A stretch of 64,000 nucleotides of DNA from the NCBI RefSeq assembly GCF_009914755.1, contig NC_060934.1; one strand, written 5' to 3'. The translations under genes were made by a program, and so were the position numbers. Positions 33,273 through 49,360 of the stretch are shown piece after piece; within the stretch, counting starts at the first letter, position 1; each line of letters starts with the position of its first letter. The notes beneath the pieces were generated by a model. The model made no database searches. It had not been told where the DNA came from and was given only the letters and a program-made list of their open reading frames with translations. The stretch is from the human T2T-CHM13v2.0 reference genome, Homo sapiens.

Positions 33273-34207
33273 TCATGAGAAACCATTCCCACTTCCTAAC
33301 CTGAGGAACACAGGCTTAGCCAACAGCAAGACTGATAAGCATAGTAGTAGTTTCAAATTCAGGAGAGCAGTGGGTGGTGTTCCAGAAACTTCTGATTGTC
33401 CTCCTCAACCATCTGTTCTCTCTTGCTTTAGTAACAGAACACACCATAGCCTGGCACACAGCAGCCCCCACTAAGGACTGCTTTCCAGACCCCTAGCAGC
33501 TAGGAGGGCCTGCCATGGGGATGTGAAAGTGAGCTGTCTTGGGCCATGCAGTTAAGGGAGGCACCTAGACGGTGCTACCCAACATGTGGCCCGGCGGCAT
33601 TATACAATATGGGAGCCTGTAAGCAATTAACGTGCTCAGGTCCCATCACAGACCTCCTAAATTAGAATGATTCAGGGTGCAGTCCAAGAATCTATGCTTT
33701 AACAAGCCTTCCAGATTGTTCTTATACATGCTCAAGTTTGAAAACCACAGCCCTTGAGAATGCTAGGGACAACAGTCCATAAGGAGCCTGGTGCCAAGAC
33801 AATCTCATGGAACACACACTTAACCTCGACCCTGATTTTTCAAGAAAGAGTGAGAGAGTGAGTGAGAGAGAGAGAGAGAGAGAGACGGGGCTCCTCTCTT
33901 CATTCACAACCAAACCTGAAACGTAATACAGGTGGCGTGGGGAAGATGACGATGAGAAACTTAACCCAACAGCAAAAATCAGGAAAGGAATGCATGCAAG
34001 TATAATAAGTAATAAGCAAGATGCAAAGAATAAAATCAAGTATATCTGGTATGTCAACAGTCAGAATTCCTCTACCAAAGACAGAAACCATGCAATTAGG
34101 TTTGTTGCTGTTATCATTGCCTTCTGTCAACCTCCATCCACCCTCAACCACGTTCTGATTATAAGAGAAACAAATTTTATTTACGAAGATTCCATCTTCA
34201 AGATAAA

Positions 34208-34509
34208 CTTTTTTTTTTTTTTTTTTTGAGACCAAGTCTTGATCTGTCGTCCAGGCTGGAGTGCAGTGGCACGATCTCGGCTCCACTGCAAGCTCCGCCT
34301 CCCGGGTTCATGCCATTCTCCTGCCTCAGCCTCCCGAGTAGCTGGGACTATAGGCGCCCGCTACCACGCCTGGATAATTTTTTATATTTTTAGTAGAGGC
34401 GGGATTTCACCGTGTTAGCCAGGATGGTCTCTATCTCCTGACCTCGTGATCTGCCCGCCTCGGCCTCCTAAAGTGCTGGGATTACAGGCGTGAGCTACCG
34501 CGCCCAGCC
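34208..34509 (-). mobile_element. AluY with TSD AAGATAAACTTT, inserted in an ancient L1 endonuclease-region remnant
   Basis: AluY diagnostics; TSD at ~34200 and ~34510. Confidence 0.9.
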
Positions 34510-36169
34510 AAGATAAACTTTTTTAAGTGAGAAAGAAATATTTAAAACTAAGGGTTGGGCAAAGACATACCAAATAAATGCAAAGAAAAACAGAGGTGGA
34601 AATATTAATAGTAAAAATAGGCTGGGCACAGTGGTTGGCTGGGTGCAGTGGCTCATGTCCGTAATCCCAGCACTTTGGGAAGCTGAGGTGGGCAGATTAC
34701 TTGAGCCCAGGAGTTTGAGACCAGCCTGGGCAACATGGCAAAACCCCATCTCTACCAAAAATACAAAAATTAGTCTGGTCTCAAAATAAATAAAAATGAA
34801 AAAATATGTAAAATTTAAAAACATATATGTTGAAGACTTTTCGATAATCCTGCCTTAGCAAGCCAAGGGGTTTTTCCAGCCATTTCTCTCTGGCATTTGC
34901 CTTTATCTGTAAACACAGTACTTGGAGAACTACTCACTAGGATCTCAGGGTACAACAAGGCATAGGCTAGTCCAGCCCGCTGAGACAGTTTATGTGGCTT
35001 AAAACACAAGCACAGAGATGAGCTTATGACTTGGGGCCCGCGTCTTTCTGACTTCTGGCCCTGAGAAGTGTTTGTACTGGCTACTCTGTCAAAAACTCAT
35101 CTTGCTGTCTGGAATGAGGAAGGAAATGCGTAAATGAGAGGCAGAGCAGTCCGCTTCTTGGACCTACAGGAAGGGGCAGGAATTGCAAAGTGAGAGAAGA
35201 GGTTCCCAGGCAACGTCCCAGGAGTTTGCACGCAAATCTCATTTTATCCACCCCTCCTAAAAATCTGGCTATCATGGGAACCATTAGGACAGCCAAGGAC
35301 AGGGAGCTCATGGTCATCAGTGAGACCTGATTACTAACCGCTCCATGTGAGCCTGAACAGAAGCTAAAGGGGCATGGCTTGAATGTCCTCTGATGCCTGC
35401 ATTTAAATTTCTGAGCCTTTCACTTATTATCTTATAAAATGCACTTATTTATTAATTTTAAGACTGTAAAGAAAAGAGATTCTCCCAGATCCTTGGCCAT
35501 GTATTCTCCTAAAACACAGACAATATGGAATTTAAGACCAAAGACCAAAGGCATTAAATAACCAGCAAATGACAGGTAGGAAGATCAGCTTGATAAGCCT
35601 ATATACATGAAACACGAAAGCCAAACTCAAAAGGCTAGAACTCCCACAAATATAAGTAGAGCTGGACTTTAAAAAACTACAGTGAGAGTTTTTGTTATAC
35701 CTCTCAGAATCTGACAGCCAGGCAAGCAGGGATATAAGGGTAACTGAAGTTAAGAGATCTATCTAAAGTCAGCGTCCCGCAGAGGACCTATTTTCTCCTT
35801 TCACGCCCATGAAACATGTTAATATTTATCATGCAGTTGGCCACAAAGAAAATTTAATACCAGCCAGGTGCAGTGGTTCACTCCTGTAATCCCAGCACTT
35901 TAGGAGGCTGAGGCGGGGCGGGGGGATTGCTTGAGGCCAGGGCTTTGAGACCAACCTGGGCAACATGCTTCATTCACTCATTCATTCATTCATGAGAATG
36001 AATCCACTTTGTGAAAGAAGCAAACCCTTGCAGGTACCTAGGTCTGCCTGAGCACGGAGCGCCGTGGGGAGGGATGTCAGTGGCAGGCCATCCACATGTT
36101 CCCTTCTGGGATTGGAAAGGGAGCAGGAGGGTAAATCGAGGCAACAGAATCAAACACTCCCTCAACGAC

Positions 36170-36700
36170 GTCCTCTTCGCCTTCAAAGCCAACATTTCAG
36201 AGCCTGTCTATCATCAGATCCTCACGTCCTGCTACTCCTCACCCATTCACTCCAACCTCGCTTCTGCTCACATCATCCCACCAAAGCAGTGAAGGCAGCC
36301 ACATCTCCTCCATATCACTCACCACAGCCGCGATGCCAAGCTGACCACTCCATCCCACGAAGCAGACTCACCCTGGCTCCTGGGATACAACTCTGTCCTG
36401 GCTTTCTGGGCCCCTCTCAGGTCGCTCTTTTTCTGGGTCCTTTATAGGCTCATCTTCCTTTACTCAGCTGTTCGAGGTGAGTTCTTCAATCTCGCTGTGC
36501 CCATGACTTCAAATACAAACACAACCTAGACAAATGTCTGTCTAGCCAAGACGCCTCCTGAGCCCCAGACCCACCAGCTTATTTGGTATCTCAAAGACAC
36601 CTCAAACACAACATGTCCAAAACCAAATACATGATCTTCTTCATCCTCCAAACCTGGTCCTCATCCAGTGTCCCATGTCTCAGGGACACCAGGTGGATGA
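36170..36700 (+). mobile_element. L2 fragments
   Basis: CACCTCAAACACAACATGTCCAAAACC L2 motif. Confidence 0.6.
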
Positions 36701-37863
36701 CTCTAGGGTGAGTGGGGGCGGTCTCTCCTTTTAAGCACACCACGCAGGGCGAGGCCAACAGTGGGTTCTCAGTAATAAGCAGTTCTACAGGAACATGCCT
36801 TGTCACCTACTTCCTAAAAATAGCCGTGACCTTTTTAGTGGACACAGCAAGCTCACATCTGTTATCACCACTCCTTCCCCACTGTCACACGCACCCTTTC
36901 CCCCAGTGGTGCCACTCCCCAGGCTGGATATGCCATATGCTCCCTAGCCTCCCTGTGAGCAGCCTCCACATTTCTCTTCTCTGCCCTCACTCAGATTTCC
37001 CCCATCTCATGTCCTCCAAGTCAGCCATCCCCAAGTGTGAGGGGCAGGGGACACCTGACTTCCTTCTAAATTTCCTTTCCTTCTTTTCTGCTAAGGCGGA
37101 GCCTAAGCCCCTGGAAAGCTAGAGATCCCAGAACCAGGCTTTGACCACCGCACACTCCACCCTCTGCTTCACAGCTCCTGGCAGTCACACACCCACGGTA
37201 TCAACATTGTCATCACCACCCGCTAACTGATCTCAAACCCCTTTGCAAACATCTTCTCATCTGATTCTCCATTCCAGGCAGGCATTTTATCATCCAGAAC
37301 TGTTCTGTGGGGGGGCAGGGGGGGGTCTCTGTGTGGCTGGGTGGCTTGTCCTAGGATACCTAGCACAGAGAACTCTGTCCCCCAATTTCTTAGTTGCCCC
37401 CACCCATTCCTTCCTCACATCAGCATGGGCAAGGCCAGCTGTGGTTTGGGTCACTGTTCAGGCTGTACTTTTAGGATCCTCCCAAATAGCAAACAACTAT
37501 GTGACTATCAGGTCTTTATTTCATGGGTTATAGGAGATAGGGTCAGTAAGCCTAATGTGTAACAGTTTCAGTGGTTATTACAGAGTTCCATTGAATTGCA
37601 ACAACTCCCTTTAAAAGCACAAACTCCCACCAAGAAAATCTCAGTTTCTTCATTAATCCTAAGAGCTTTCCTATCTAGGTATCACTCAAAATTCCTACTA
37701 TTCTGGGGGCAATGGGATCAGAGGGTGTTGCAGAGAAAAATCCAGAGAAAGTGAAAAGTCTACTTCCTTGGCAGTGCTGGTGAAGCATACCCTTACACAG
37801 ACGCTTCCCCATGGGAACAAGTGCCAGGAACTGCTTCAGGCTTACGGGGGAAAACAGTGGCTA

Positions 37864-38259
<396 letters not shown>

Positions 38260-40039
38260 TCAGCATGCATTTTGGTTCCACATTCAGCTCCTGCCCACAC
38301 CAGTTTCTTTTCTCTATTCTACAATTTCCAAGAAGAACCCACACTAACCTATTCTGTCTCAACTCCCACTCCTGTCATCCCAAGCCACACATCACCTCCC
38401 CAATCACGTGAACTAGGCATCACTAATCGATCCTGGCCTTCTAGACACATCCACCCAGGGTGGGCCCTTTCTATAGTATCATGCATAAAGGCGTCAGGTG
38501 GGGCTTCCACTCCCACCTCTTAGTCCCAATTCATCTCCATCTCACCCTCCCCACGTTTCTCTATCCAAACCCAGCCTTCAAGGTCCTATATTTTAACCAC
38601 AGGGAAACCACTTCCCTGTGCTGTCTCTGTTGTTCAACTAACGACAACTAATTTTCTGAGCACCTACATTAGGCAAGGCCCATCCTGAGTGCTGCCACCA
38701 AGAGGTAAGTCAGAAACAGCCCCCACCCTCCAGAGTCAGAGGACAGGGCAGCGATAAGCCACACCGCCACACAAATACTATGCAAGGCGAGAGATGAGAA
38801 CCGAGTCAGTGCCAGAAGGGCTGAGTGAGCTCAGAGCATATCCCGTCCCTCCTGCTGGGAGCAGGCACCCGGATGGCTCCCAGGAGGGTGGAGAATGCTA
38901 GGCCAGACAGGGGAGGGAGGGCATTCCAGTAAGACAGAGAGCATGAGCTTAGCATGAGCTAAGCCAGAAAGACGGTTCAGGAGAAGTGCATTTCAACTTT
39001 AGCTGAACCTTCCACTGCTACTATTTATTGACCCTTACACCTGATTATTTATGACCCAGGCCTGCCTCACACACTTTATGGCTAATGTGGGTGACACCCA
39101 TCTGGGATACACAAGTGTGGTGCAGCAGTCACCACCTGTTCTGACTGGTCCGTACCTGAGCTCTGTATTGTTATTAAATAAATGAATGCACTGAATCTCA
39201 CAAGCCTGTGAGGCAGGGATTACTATTACCCCCATTTTACAGATGAAAAACCAAAGCACAGACAATAGTCAAAGAAAAGATAGCAAGGTATGCAGGAGCC
39301 TGAAGTAGTGGGCACCCAATGCCAGGGCAACAAACTGCCCTGGCACCTCACCTGGCCTCTCTTATCAGGGAACACCTTGCAGCACAAAGAATGCCTTGAG
39401 GAAAGGGGCCCTGTTAATCCCCTGGAATCCCCAACAATTGACTGCCGCATAAAAGGAATGAGGAAAGCAATGAGAGCCAGTGAAGGGTGAGCATACCAGG
39501 CCCTGCCCTGCAAACCTAGTCCCTGTTGCGTGGGCAGGGCAGGGCAGGGCAGGGCAGGGGCTCGGCCTCACAGCTCCACTCCATGCCCAGCGCAGAGAAC
39601 AGAGGGGAGAGCTACCACAAACGCCGAATCTCTACAGAGAGGTCAAGGATTGGAGGGCAGAGACAGAAATGCCCCGGGCTGACTGTTTCCAGCTTGGGCT
39701 AGCACTGGCTGGCTTAACTTTTCCCCTCCAAAGTCTCTAGGTAACAAACTTCGCGTGTCTCCTTTAAACCAACAGACCATTTTACCTAAGTCTTAAGGGC
39801 CTGGCCTGCACCCATGGGAGATACAAGTCCAGGAATCCCTTCCTGAAACTGGGGATCAAGGTTGGGGAAGGGGCGAAGGCACGCACAGCACCTGGGATGG
39901 CTCCCGCATTCCCTCAAACACTGGGGAGAGTTCCTTACAAATAAACTGCAATGGTAGCAGCTCCCAGGAATGTGCGTGCTCCCAGTTTCGGAGGAAAGTT
40001 CCTGAAGATAGCCTTCTCTGCTTAATCTCCCCAAGCCTC

Positions 40040-40920
40040 GCCTAGAAGGGCGCGCGCACCCTGGAGGGCTCCGCAGGGCTGCGGGGCCGGGCCTCCGGCA
40101 CCCCTCCCGCCACCCGTTGCCTCCTGCGCCCAGGGTCACGGCCCCTGGCCCTACCCAGGCCCAGACTGAGACCCCGACCCCTGAGCCCGGGGGGACGGCG
40201 AGTGCACCCCGACCACACATGAGGGAGCAGCCCCAGACGCCGAGGCTGATCTAGGGGGCTGCCAGGCCGACACGGCCCGCCCGCGACCCGCCGACGCCCT
40301 CCCCTGCCCCCCACCCCCACGCCTGTAGTGCAACCAGGAAGCCGCAGGGCCGCGCTGGGCTGGGCGCCAGGCAGCCCCGGGCCTCACCCGCGGCGCCGCG
40401 GTGCACTGCCGCCGCCTGGTCCCAGGCCCCCAGCCGGCTCGGGACCCTCACTCACCTGGCCACGGGGACTCCGGACGCGAGGGGCGAAATGGGACGTGGG
40501 CGGGAGTGGCTCTCTCCGCGGGCGTCCCGGGCGCGGCGCCTGGGTTCTGCCTAGGGCTGGGTCCCACTCCCGCTCGCGGGGCCCGCGGGGCACTCGGGGC
40601 ACTGGGGAGCCGCGGGCGCAGCAGCCGTCAGCGCCGGGCGGAAAACTCCGCGGGCGCGGCTGCCCCAGGTGCCAGAGGCAGTGCAAGGGAGGGGCGGGGC
40701 CTGAGCGCGGCCCCGCCCCCAAGATGAGGACTGGGCACGGCGGGCCCGCGAGGAGCAGCAGCCTTCCGGCTGCGGAGCTGCTCCAGGAAGTCTCGGGCTC
40801 CGGAGGTCCCTCTGCCGCCCCTAACCCCTGCGGCGCCCAGTGCCGCGCAGAGCCGCATTCGCCCTCCTGCAGGGGTGGGCATTTCCTAAGTCCTCTCCAG
40901 CCCCGTGTGCGTCGGTTAGT
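40040..40920. promoter_or_regulatory. CpG island and ANXA11 promoter with paired Sp/KLF GC boxes (40691-40699 and 40711-40719)
   Basis: Very high GC and CpG density; GGGGCGGGG and CCCCGCCCC motifs; no TATA box seen. Confidence 0.9.
40456..40660 (-). other. ANXA11: ANXA11 non-coding exon 1 (TSS approximate)
   Basis: Consensus CAG|GTGAGT donor at 40455-40450 inside the CpG island, just downstream of GC boxes; a second possible donor CGG|GTGAGG at 40387. Confidence 0.8.
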
Positions 40921-41890
40921 GACTCTCTTTAAGGTCGAGAAAACTTTTTACACTGAAAAGGTCAAACGCATTTCCTTTATAGCAACACTCGGTGGTGGTG
41001 GAGGGGGGAAAGTCACGCACAGTATGTGAGGAAGGGAGCGGTCAGTGACTATCGTGGAGAAACCTGACAAACCACCCAGCCGTCAAGGTGACCTCGACAG
41101 GGGTAAATCATACTGATTGCATGCACCGCTTGTGGTCTTCCTCCCAAGAACACCTAACCCCACTGTAATCATGAGGAAAACATCACAAATCAATTGAGGC
41201 CCTTGCCATATACATGACCAGTACTCCTGAAAACTAGCAAGGTCATCAAAAACAAGGAAAGTCTAGGACACTGTCACAGCCAAGAGGAACCCACGGAGAT
41301 ATAAAAATGACTTAAGATGTTAATAATAGGAAAAGCCCGGGTTTATGAGAATTCCCTGTATTCACACTTTTTCTGTAAATCTAAAGATGTTCTAAAAATA
41401 AAGCATATTTTTAAAAGGTCACCCAGGTAATATATGCATATATGGTAGGTATACAATTTTTTTTTTTAATGAGTGGTGGCTGACGCCTGTAATCTCAGCA
41501 CTTTGGAAGGCCAAGACAGGAGGATGGCTTGAAGACAGGGCTTCCAGACTAGCCTGGGCAACATAGTGAGACCCAGTCTCTAAAAAACTAAAAATAAAAA
41601 ATTCAAAAAATGAGTAAAAATTGAGATTCACTCTTCCCTCCACTCCCCCAGCCCACTCTTAGGTGTGTCCTTCCAAATATCTCTCTTTAACACTGTGTGT
41701 GTGTGTTTACATAAACGTATTGTTTACAAAACGATATTGCAGTACTTTTCTGCAACATGTTTTTTTACTCACTATATCTTGGAGGGTCTTTCCATACAAG
41801 TGCTCCTGAACAGACCTGGTTCTTCCCATCCACTGCACACTGCGCGCCATCGTGCGCTTCACCATTCTTCATTACCTAGCTCCTTACTGA

Positions 41891-42880
<990 letters not shown>

Positions 42881-43542
42881 CTAGAATACCACGTTTATAA
42901 TAAATCATGTAGGGTGGAATTCCTGCTGGATGTATACACCTTTCTGCATCAGAGCTCTTCAAACCCAGAATGGTGAATAGCTACCCCTGGGCTTACCCTT
43001 TTATAATTTTCAACAAACCTGCGTTTAGCCCCGGCTAGGTGCCAGCAAGTTGCTAGGGACTGAGGAGGCTCTGCAGAGGACCCGAGCTGAGGCCCTAATC
43101 CTCAAGGCCAATGGCAGGGGTCACCGCCCAGGCACCCCCAGAGAACGCGGTGTGAAGGAAAAGACACCAAACTCGGTGTTCAAATGTGTGGGATCTATTC
43201 TAGTTCTGATTCTGACACTTGCAAGTCATGCATCCTCCGAGCCTCGGCTTTCTCACCTATAAAATCTTCAACGTGACCTATAAAAATCCATAAAATCACC
43301 CCTGCTTCATTGTTTCCCAGGGCTCATAGAAACATCATACAAGGTAAGGGAAGGTGAGTGCACTGTAAAAAATGGTGACGTGCTATATAGCTCTGAGTAG
43401 TATGGTATATAAGCTTCCTTTTTAAAAATTTTAATTTTAGGGCCAGTGTTGGGATTACGGGTGTGAGTTACCGCACCCGGCCTCTTTTGTTGTTTTCTAA
43501 TAAGTATATATGACTATCATTTCCCTCAAAAGTCTGCTTTAG

Positions 43543-44165
<623 letters not shown>

Positions 44166-45723
44166 AATCATTTTGTCATTGATCTCTAACTTTAATGCTT
44201 GGAGATGAGGAAATGTGTTCTTTTAGAATTTGTTAATGCCTCCTTTGTGGCCTCATATACAGACTTTTTTTGGCTGTCCCAATTTTTGTGAACGTCTCTT
44301 CACTTTTTATGTGGTTTTTTTTTCTCTATATCTCTCCATCTAGCTTGCTAATCAGGTTATTTAGATCTTTTATCTCCTGGGTTTTTTTTTTTTTTCTCTC
44401 CTGTTCAATCCATTGATTTCTGAAAGAGTAGGTTTAACATTTCCCACTTTTATTGTAGTTTGTCAATTTCTCCCTCTAATTTAGTCTGATTTTGCTTTAT
44501 ACTATTTTTTTTGGTTTTTTGATTTTTGTTTAAGAGGCAGTGTCTCACCATGTTTCCCAGGCTGGAGTACAGTAGCTATTCACAGGTGTGATTATAACTG
44601 CAGCCTCAAACTCCTGACCTCAAGCCATCCTCCTGCCTCAGCCTCCTAGGTGGCTGGCATTACAGCCATGTACCACCTCACCCGGCCAGCCTTATAATTT
44701 TGAGAGCAAATTATTAGGCTTATACAAATTAATATTGTTTTATCCTTTTATGACTTATTCAGTTTTATTACTTTTTGTATAAATATTGTTATCCTGAGAT
44801 AGCATTTGTCTAGTATATGTTTTATTTCTCCTTTTTTACTCTTTCTGTATTGTTACTTAGGTTTATCTCTTGGAAATGACATATTGTTTTTTACAAGATT
44901 TAAAAAGTTCATCTGAGTTTCTATTTCTAATTTGTGAGTTTAACCAGTTCACATTGATAAGAATAACAGAAATATTTGGGTTTATTTCTGCCATCATTTG
45001 TGTTATACATATACCCTTGAAATGGATATTCATCTAGAACACATTGATAAAATCCTATAAATTATTACAAACTGGAATTCTTCCATGCTGCTTGGTAAAT
45101 AGCTGCTCACCTGAGACCCCACAGTGCCCCCACTCCTGACCTTCTTCTGATCTGGCAAAAAAGGGTCAATGCTTCTCACAGGGAGACCCTCTAGGACCTT
45201 TTCTAAGATTCTAATTAGTCAGCAAACAGGCTACACCAGTGGCTTAATATTTCAAATATCATGTACAATATGCTTTCTTGTTGTTTCTTTTTTCTCTTTC
45301 CCTGCATTCGTTTGGATTGTTTGAATTTTCTTTAATAGGAGGGAGGTACAAGAATTACAGATGTATCAATAAATACCAGCCTACTAGTACCTTTACCAGA
45401 ATATCCCTCAAAAGCTCAAATTTATCATGTCAAGAAATGAACTTTTTCTCTCTAAACCTGCTTTTTCTCCTGGGTTCTGTCCCCCGCTGGGGTACCACAG
45501 TCTGACAAGCCATTCCAGCTAGAGATCTGATAGCAGCTGGATTTCTGTCTGCCAGAATCATTTTTCAAATGCTGTCAATAGAGACGGATTCACCAGGAAA
45601 CTGCAAGGCCCCTTGCTTGCATGGGCTCTTTACAAGGTCCTGGTGGGAAAGGCTTTAACAATGTTTGACATGGTAATATGTTTTTACAGACTTTGCAAAA
45701 GTAAGCGATTTTAAGTGCAAATG

Positions 45724-46202
45724 CAGTCATGCGTTGCTTAATGACAGGGATGTGTTCTGAGAAATGCATCCTTATGTGACTTTGTTGTTGTGCAAATGTC
45801 ATCAGGTGTACTTACACAGAACTAGATGGTAGAGCCTACTATATGCCTAGGCTGCCTGGTATAGCCTATCGCTTCTAGGCTACAAGCCATTGCAGCGTGT
45901 TACAGTACAGAATATGCTAGGCAATTGTAACACAATGGCAAGTACTTGTCTATCTAAACATGCCTAACCACAGAAAAGGTACGGGAAAAATATGGTATGA
46001 TAATCTGAAGGGACCATCATGGTCCAGCTCATCTGGCTTCTGTCCTGGGGAGGCAGGTGGAGGCAGAACCCCCGCTGCTAGCCAGGGAAGAGCTGCTAGT
46101 CCTTCCTGCCCCTGCCGCCTGCCTGTCATGTGCCCCTGCCTGACCATCATGGTCCCACATGGTCTGTCATTGACTGAAATGTCCTCGTGCAGCACTTGAC
46201 TG
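45724..46202 (+). mobile_element. Tigger3 (MER7/Golem)-type DNA transposon with an internal 116-bp insert
   Basis: TIRs CAGTCATGCG...GCACTTGACTG followed by TA. Confidence 0.8.
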
Positions 46203-49200
46203 TAGTTAAGATGGCTGGCTCTTTCCACTCTGATTTCCCCTCCATCTCATTGCTCCTCGTGCCCCTCATGTTGGAATGGTCATAGGCATTTTTAGGATCT
46301 GGCTTGGGATGAGACAGCTTTATGTAGTTTACAGTCACTTCTGTGTGTGGTTGCATTACCGCTAGTCTTCCAGCGTAGGAAGGGCTTCCAGGAATATTGT
46401 TCTGATTCAGCCAGCAGGGTCGGAGATGATATCTAAATAATAAACATTTCCCCAGCACCTGTTTTCAGAAATATGTCAGCAGTGGAGGAGAAACAAGTAT
46501 GGAGCCAGAAACTAGTCTATGGAAAACTCTCTCCCCCATCATATGTATAGAGTTTTAAGCATGTACGGCTGTTCACATCCATGCCTATTTAAAATGGAAG
46601 TTCTCTCCTGTAGAGAACATACTCAATAGTGCAATATATACACTTATAACACACACATATAAATATGTCTTTTTTGAGCAATTTCAGTAAATGTATTTTG
46701 TTAGAGCTCCTGTGTAGTAAGGCAGAACTAGAGGAGTATTGCAAATAGAAGTATGCTTTTGTGTGAAATGAGATGTCTTATGCATCTCACTGTATCTGAT
46801 TGCATCTTAGCTTGTCTGATATATTTTATTCCAATGAAGTCCACAAGTTCTAGATGTCTCGCCTCTCTTGAAACATCGCATTGCTTGTGTCCCCTCGCCC
46901 TACCCTGTGGTCTCCTGTCTGCACACCTTCGCTCGGGCCGTCTCCCCAGCCTACAATGGCATTTTCTCCTCTTTTCACTTTGGCTGCTCCTACTCATTCT
47001 CCAAGATTCTGCTTACTTCTTATCTTTTCTATACATTCTCTGACTTCCCTTTTCGCGATAGTGGACTGAGCACATGCTGCCATTTCTCCACCCAGGCCCA
47101 TCCTCCAGGAATGACAGGGAAGGAAAAAAATTAGTGTTCTCAAAAAGATAACAGGAAATGTTCAGAGAATCAGAAGCACTGACACGTTTCTGAGAAGCCA
47201 AAAGCAGACAGGATCTGATTTGATACTGCAGCCCAGCTCATGAGCAGCAGCCAAGGACATACTATAGGTATACTACAGTATATACTTCAATAATGGGACC
47301 AGCAACAAGGCATTCCACACCCAGAGGTGGTGAATGCCTGGAACAAGACTCGGGACCAAAGGGCTACTGACAGAGGGTTAAACAAGTATGCCCGTGGAAG
47401 GAGCTAGATGAATTGACCCTGAATATCTCCCTCAACCCCACCCCGGCAGACAAGATGACCAGGACAGCAGTGTCTGTCTCCTGGTATGAACTGTGTTAGG
47501 AATGAAAGACAGGACAGGGCCCCATATGGCTGGCAAAGCCAAGGAAGAGTTAAGTAGCAGCCACATCCCAAAGACCAGCTGTGAGAGCACAGCTGGTCCA
47601 CCTGATAGTGCCTCTGCCTGTTCTGCACTCTCCTTGAAAGCAACATGGAGCACAAGCTCATCCAGCGATTTCCAGCCCTCCCTCACAGCAAGCTAGGCCA
47701 GCAGATTTCTTGCAGAAAATTTCATGGGTAAAGATGAGTTCACTGTCAAAAAATATCATTTGAGAAGCACCACCATGAAAGGGAGACGTCCACCTGAGGA
47801 AACATAATAATCATAGCTAATATTTACTGAGCATTTATGTGTCAGGCACTATTGCAAACATAAAGTGGGACTATTTTATGTTTGCAATAGACACATGAAT
47901 ACCTTACAAGAGTCCTGCCTTATAAGAGTTTAAGGTAGGACTATTTTTATTGCCATTTTACAAACGAAGAAACTAAAGTGTCAAGTGATTAAGTAACTTC
48001 GTCCAAAGTCACATAGCTTAACATGAGAAGCCACAGATTAACCTCAGCTGTCTGGCTCCAGATCTGGAGATTAAACAGAACAAATAGACAACCAGTAATG
48101 TGCTTTGAAGTAAGTATAATGAATATTCTCAAATAAGAAAGGATAGGAAAGAATCAATTAGGGATGTCAGAGATGAACAATGTGTTCATTTTGTATTACT
48201 GATCATGGGAATAAAAAACAAAAAATATATTCATAGTTTAAACAAATAAAACCACCTGAGTGGATGAGCTATGGAGTGGAATGTATGCAGCTAAAGAGCT
48301 GATTAGTGAACTGAAAGATTGGAATCCTCCCTGAAAACAGCAGACTTGGATAAATAAATAGAAAGTAGAAAAGAAAAGATAATAGACATGGAAGATAGTT
48401 CCAGAAGTGCCAACATCCACCCACTGGGTGTTACCAAAAGAGAGACTGCTAGAGAAATGGATGTCCAATGAAACATGGTTGATTTGCAACACAAATTTAT
48501 TTCCTCTCCCTCCCCAAATCCTAATAAAATGGCAGTAGAGGAAGAGCACAGGTAAAATCCTTCAAGGACAGTAGGGACAAGAGAGGAGAAAACAGCAACC
48601 AAGAATTTGGACACGTATTTTGGAGATAGTATACAAAGGAGTGGTAATTTGGCAGAATGGTGCATGTTCTCACTTGGATGCCCCAGAGGGAGAAAATAAG
48701 AAGAAGCCAATAGATTCTCGCTACTTCACCCCCAGAGTCTAAGAAAGGATCCACACTTAAAGAGGTGAGGTACAGTGTGAGGCTGTAAACAGGAAAACAG
48801 AGGCATAAGTGGAAACCCTAGGCCACTTTCTCTACCCTCTTCAGCCAGGGGTCCCCTCCACCCAGGGGAGAAAGGAGAGTTATTTGTCATATAAATTGAA
48901 CTGAAGAAACTGTAGAATGGGAGGTCTGAGCCACACAGGTTTGGGAGGAGGAGGTAAGGACAAGTTTAAACACAAGGATTAAGCCACAATCTACATATTG
49001 AATGATGGGACCCCAGTCCACAGAGAGTGAGTAACCTAATTTACAATCTATAGGCCAGAGTCCGGAGGATTCATTTGTGGAGAAAAGGAATGTCCCACAC
49101 AAAGGGCCTCCAAGTGGCTGATGTGTGCTGGTTTCCTCAATGAGGAGCTGACCTGATGCTCAGACACTCTGTGGTGAGCTCCGTCAGTCAAAAAGCCCCG

Positions 49201-49360
49201 CTCCCCCACAGAGACTGCAGTCAGTGTTTTGTGCCTCACCCCCAAATGTGAATACACAGCTAGGGGTCACCACCTGGGAGGAAGGCCTCCAGCAAGGGTG
49301 ACCAACCTTCCTGGCTTGCCAGGGACCGAGGGGTTTCACAGGACATGGGACAGTCAGTAC

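Noticed and set aside
40328-41029. 233-aa plus-strand ORF and other overlapping ORFs across the CpG island
   Set aside because: Stop-poor GC-rich sequence, Arg/Gly/Pro bias, non-ATG start and no recognisable domain
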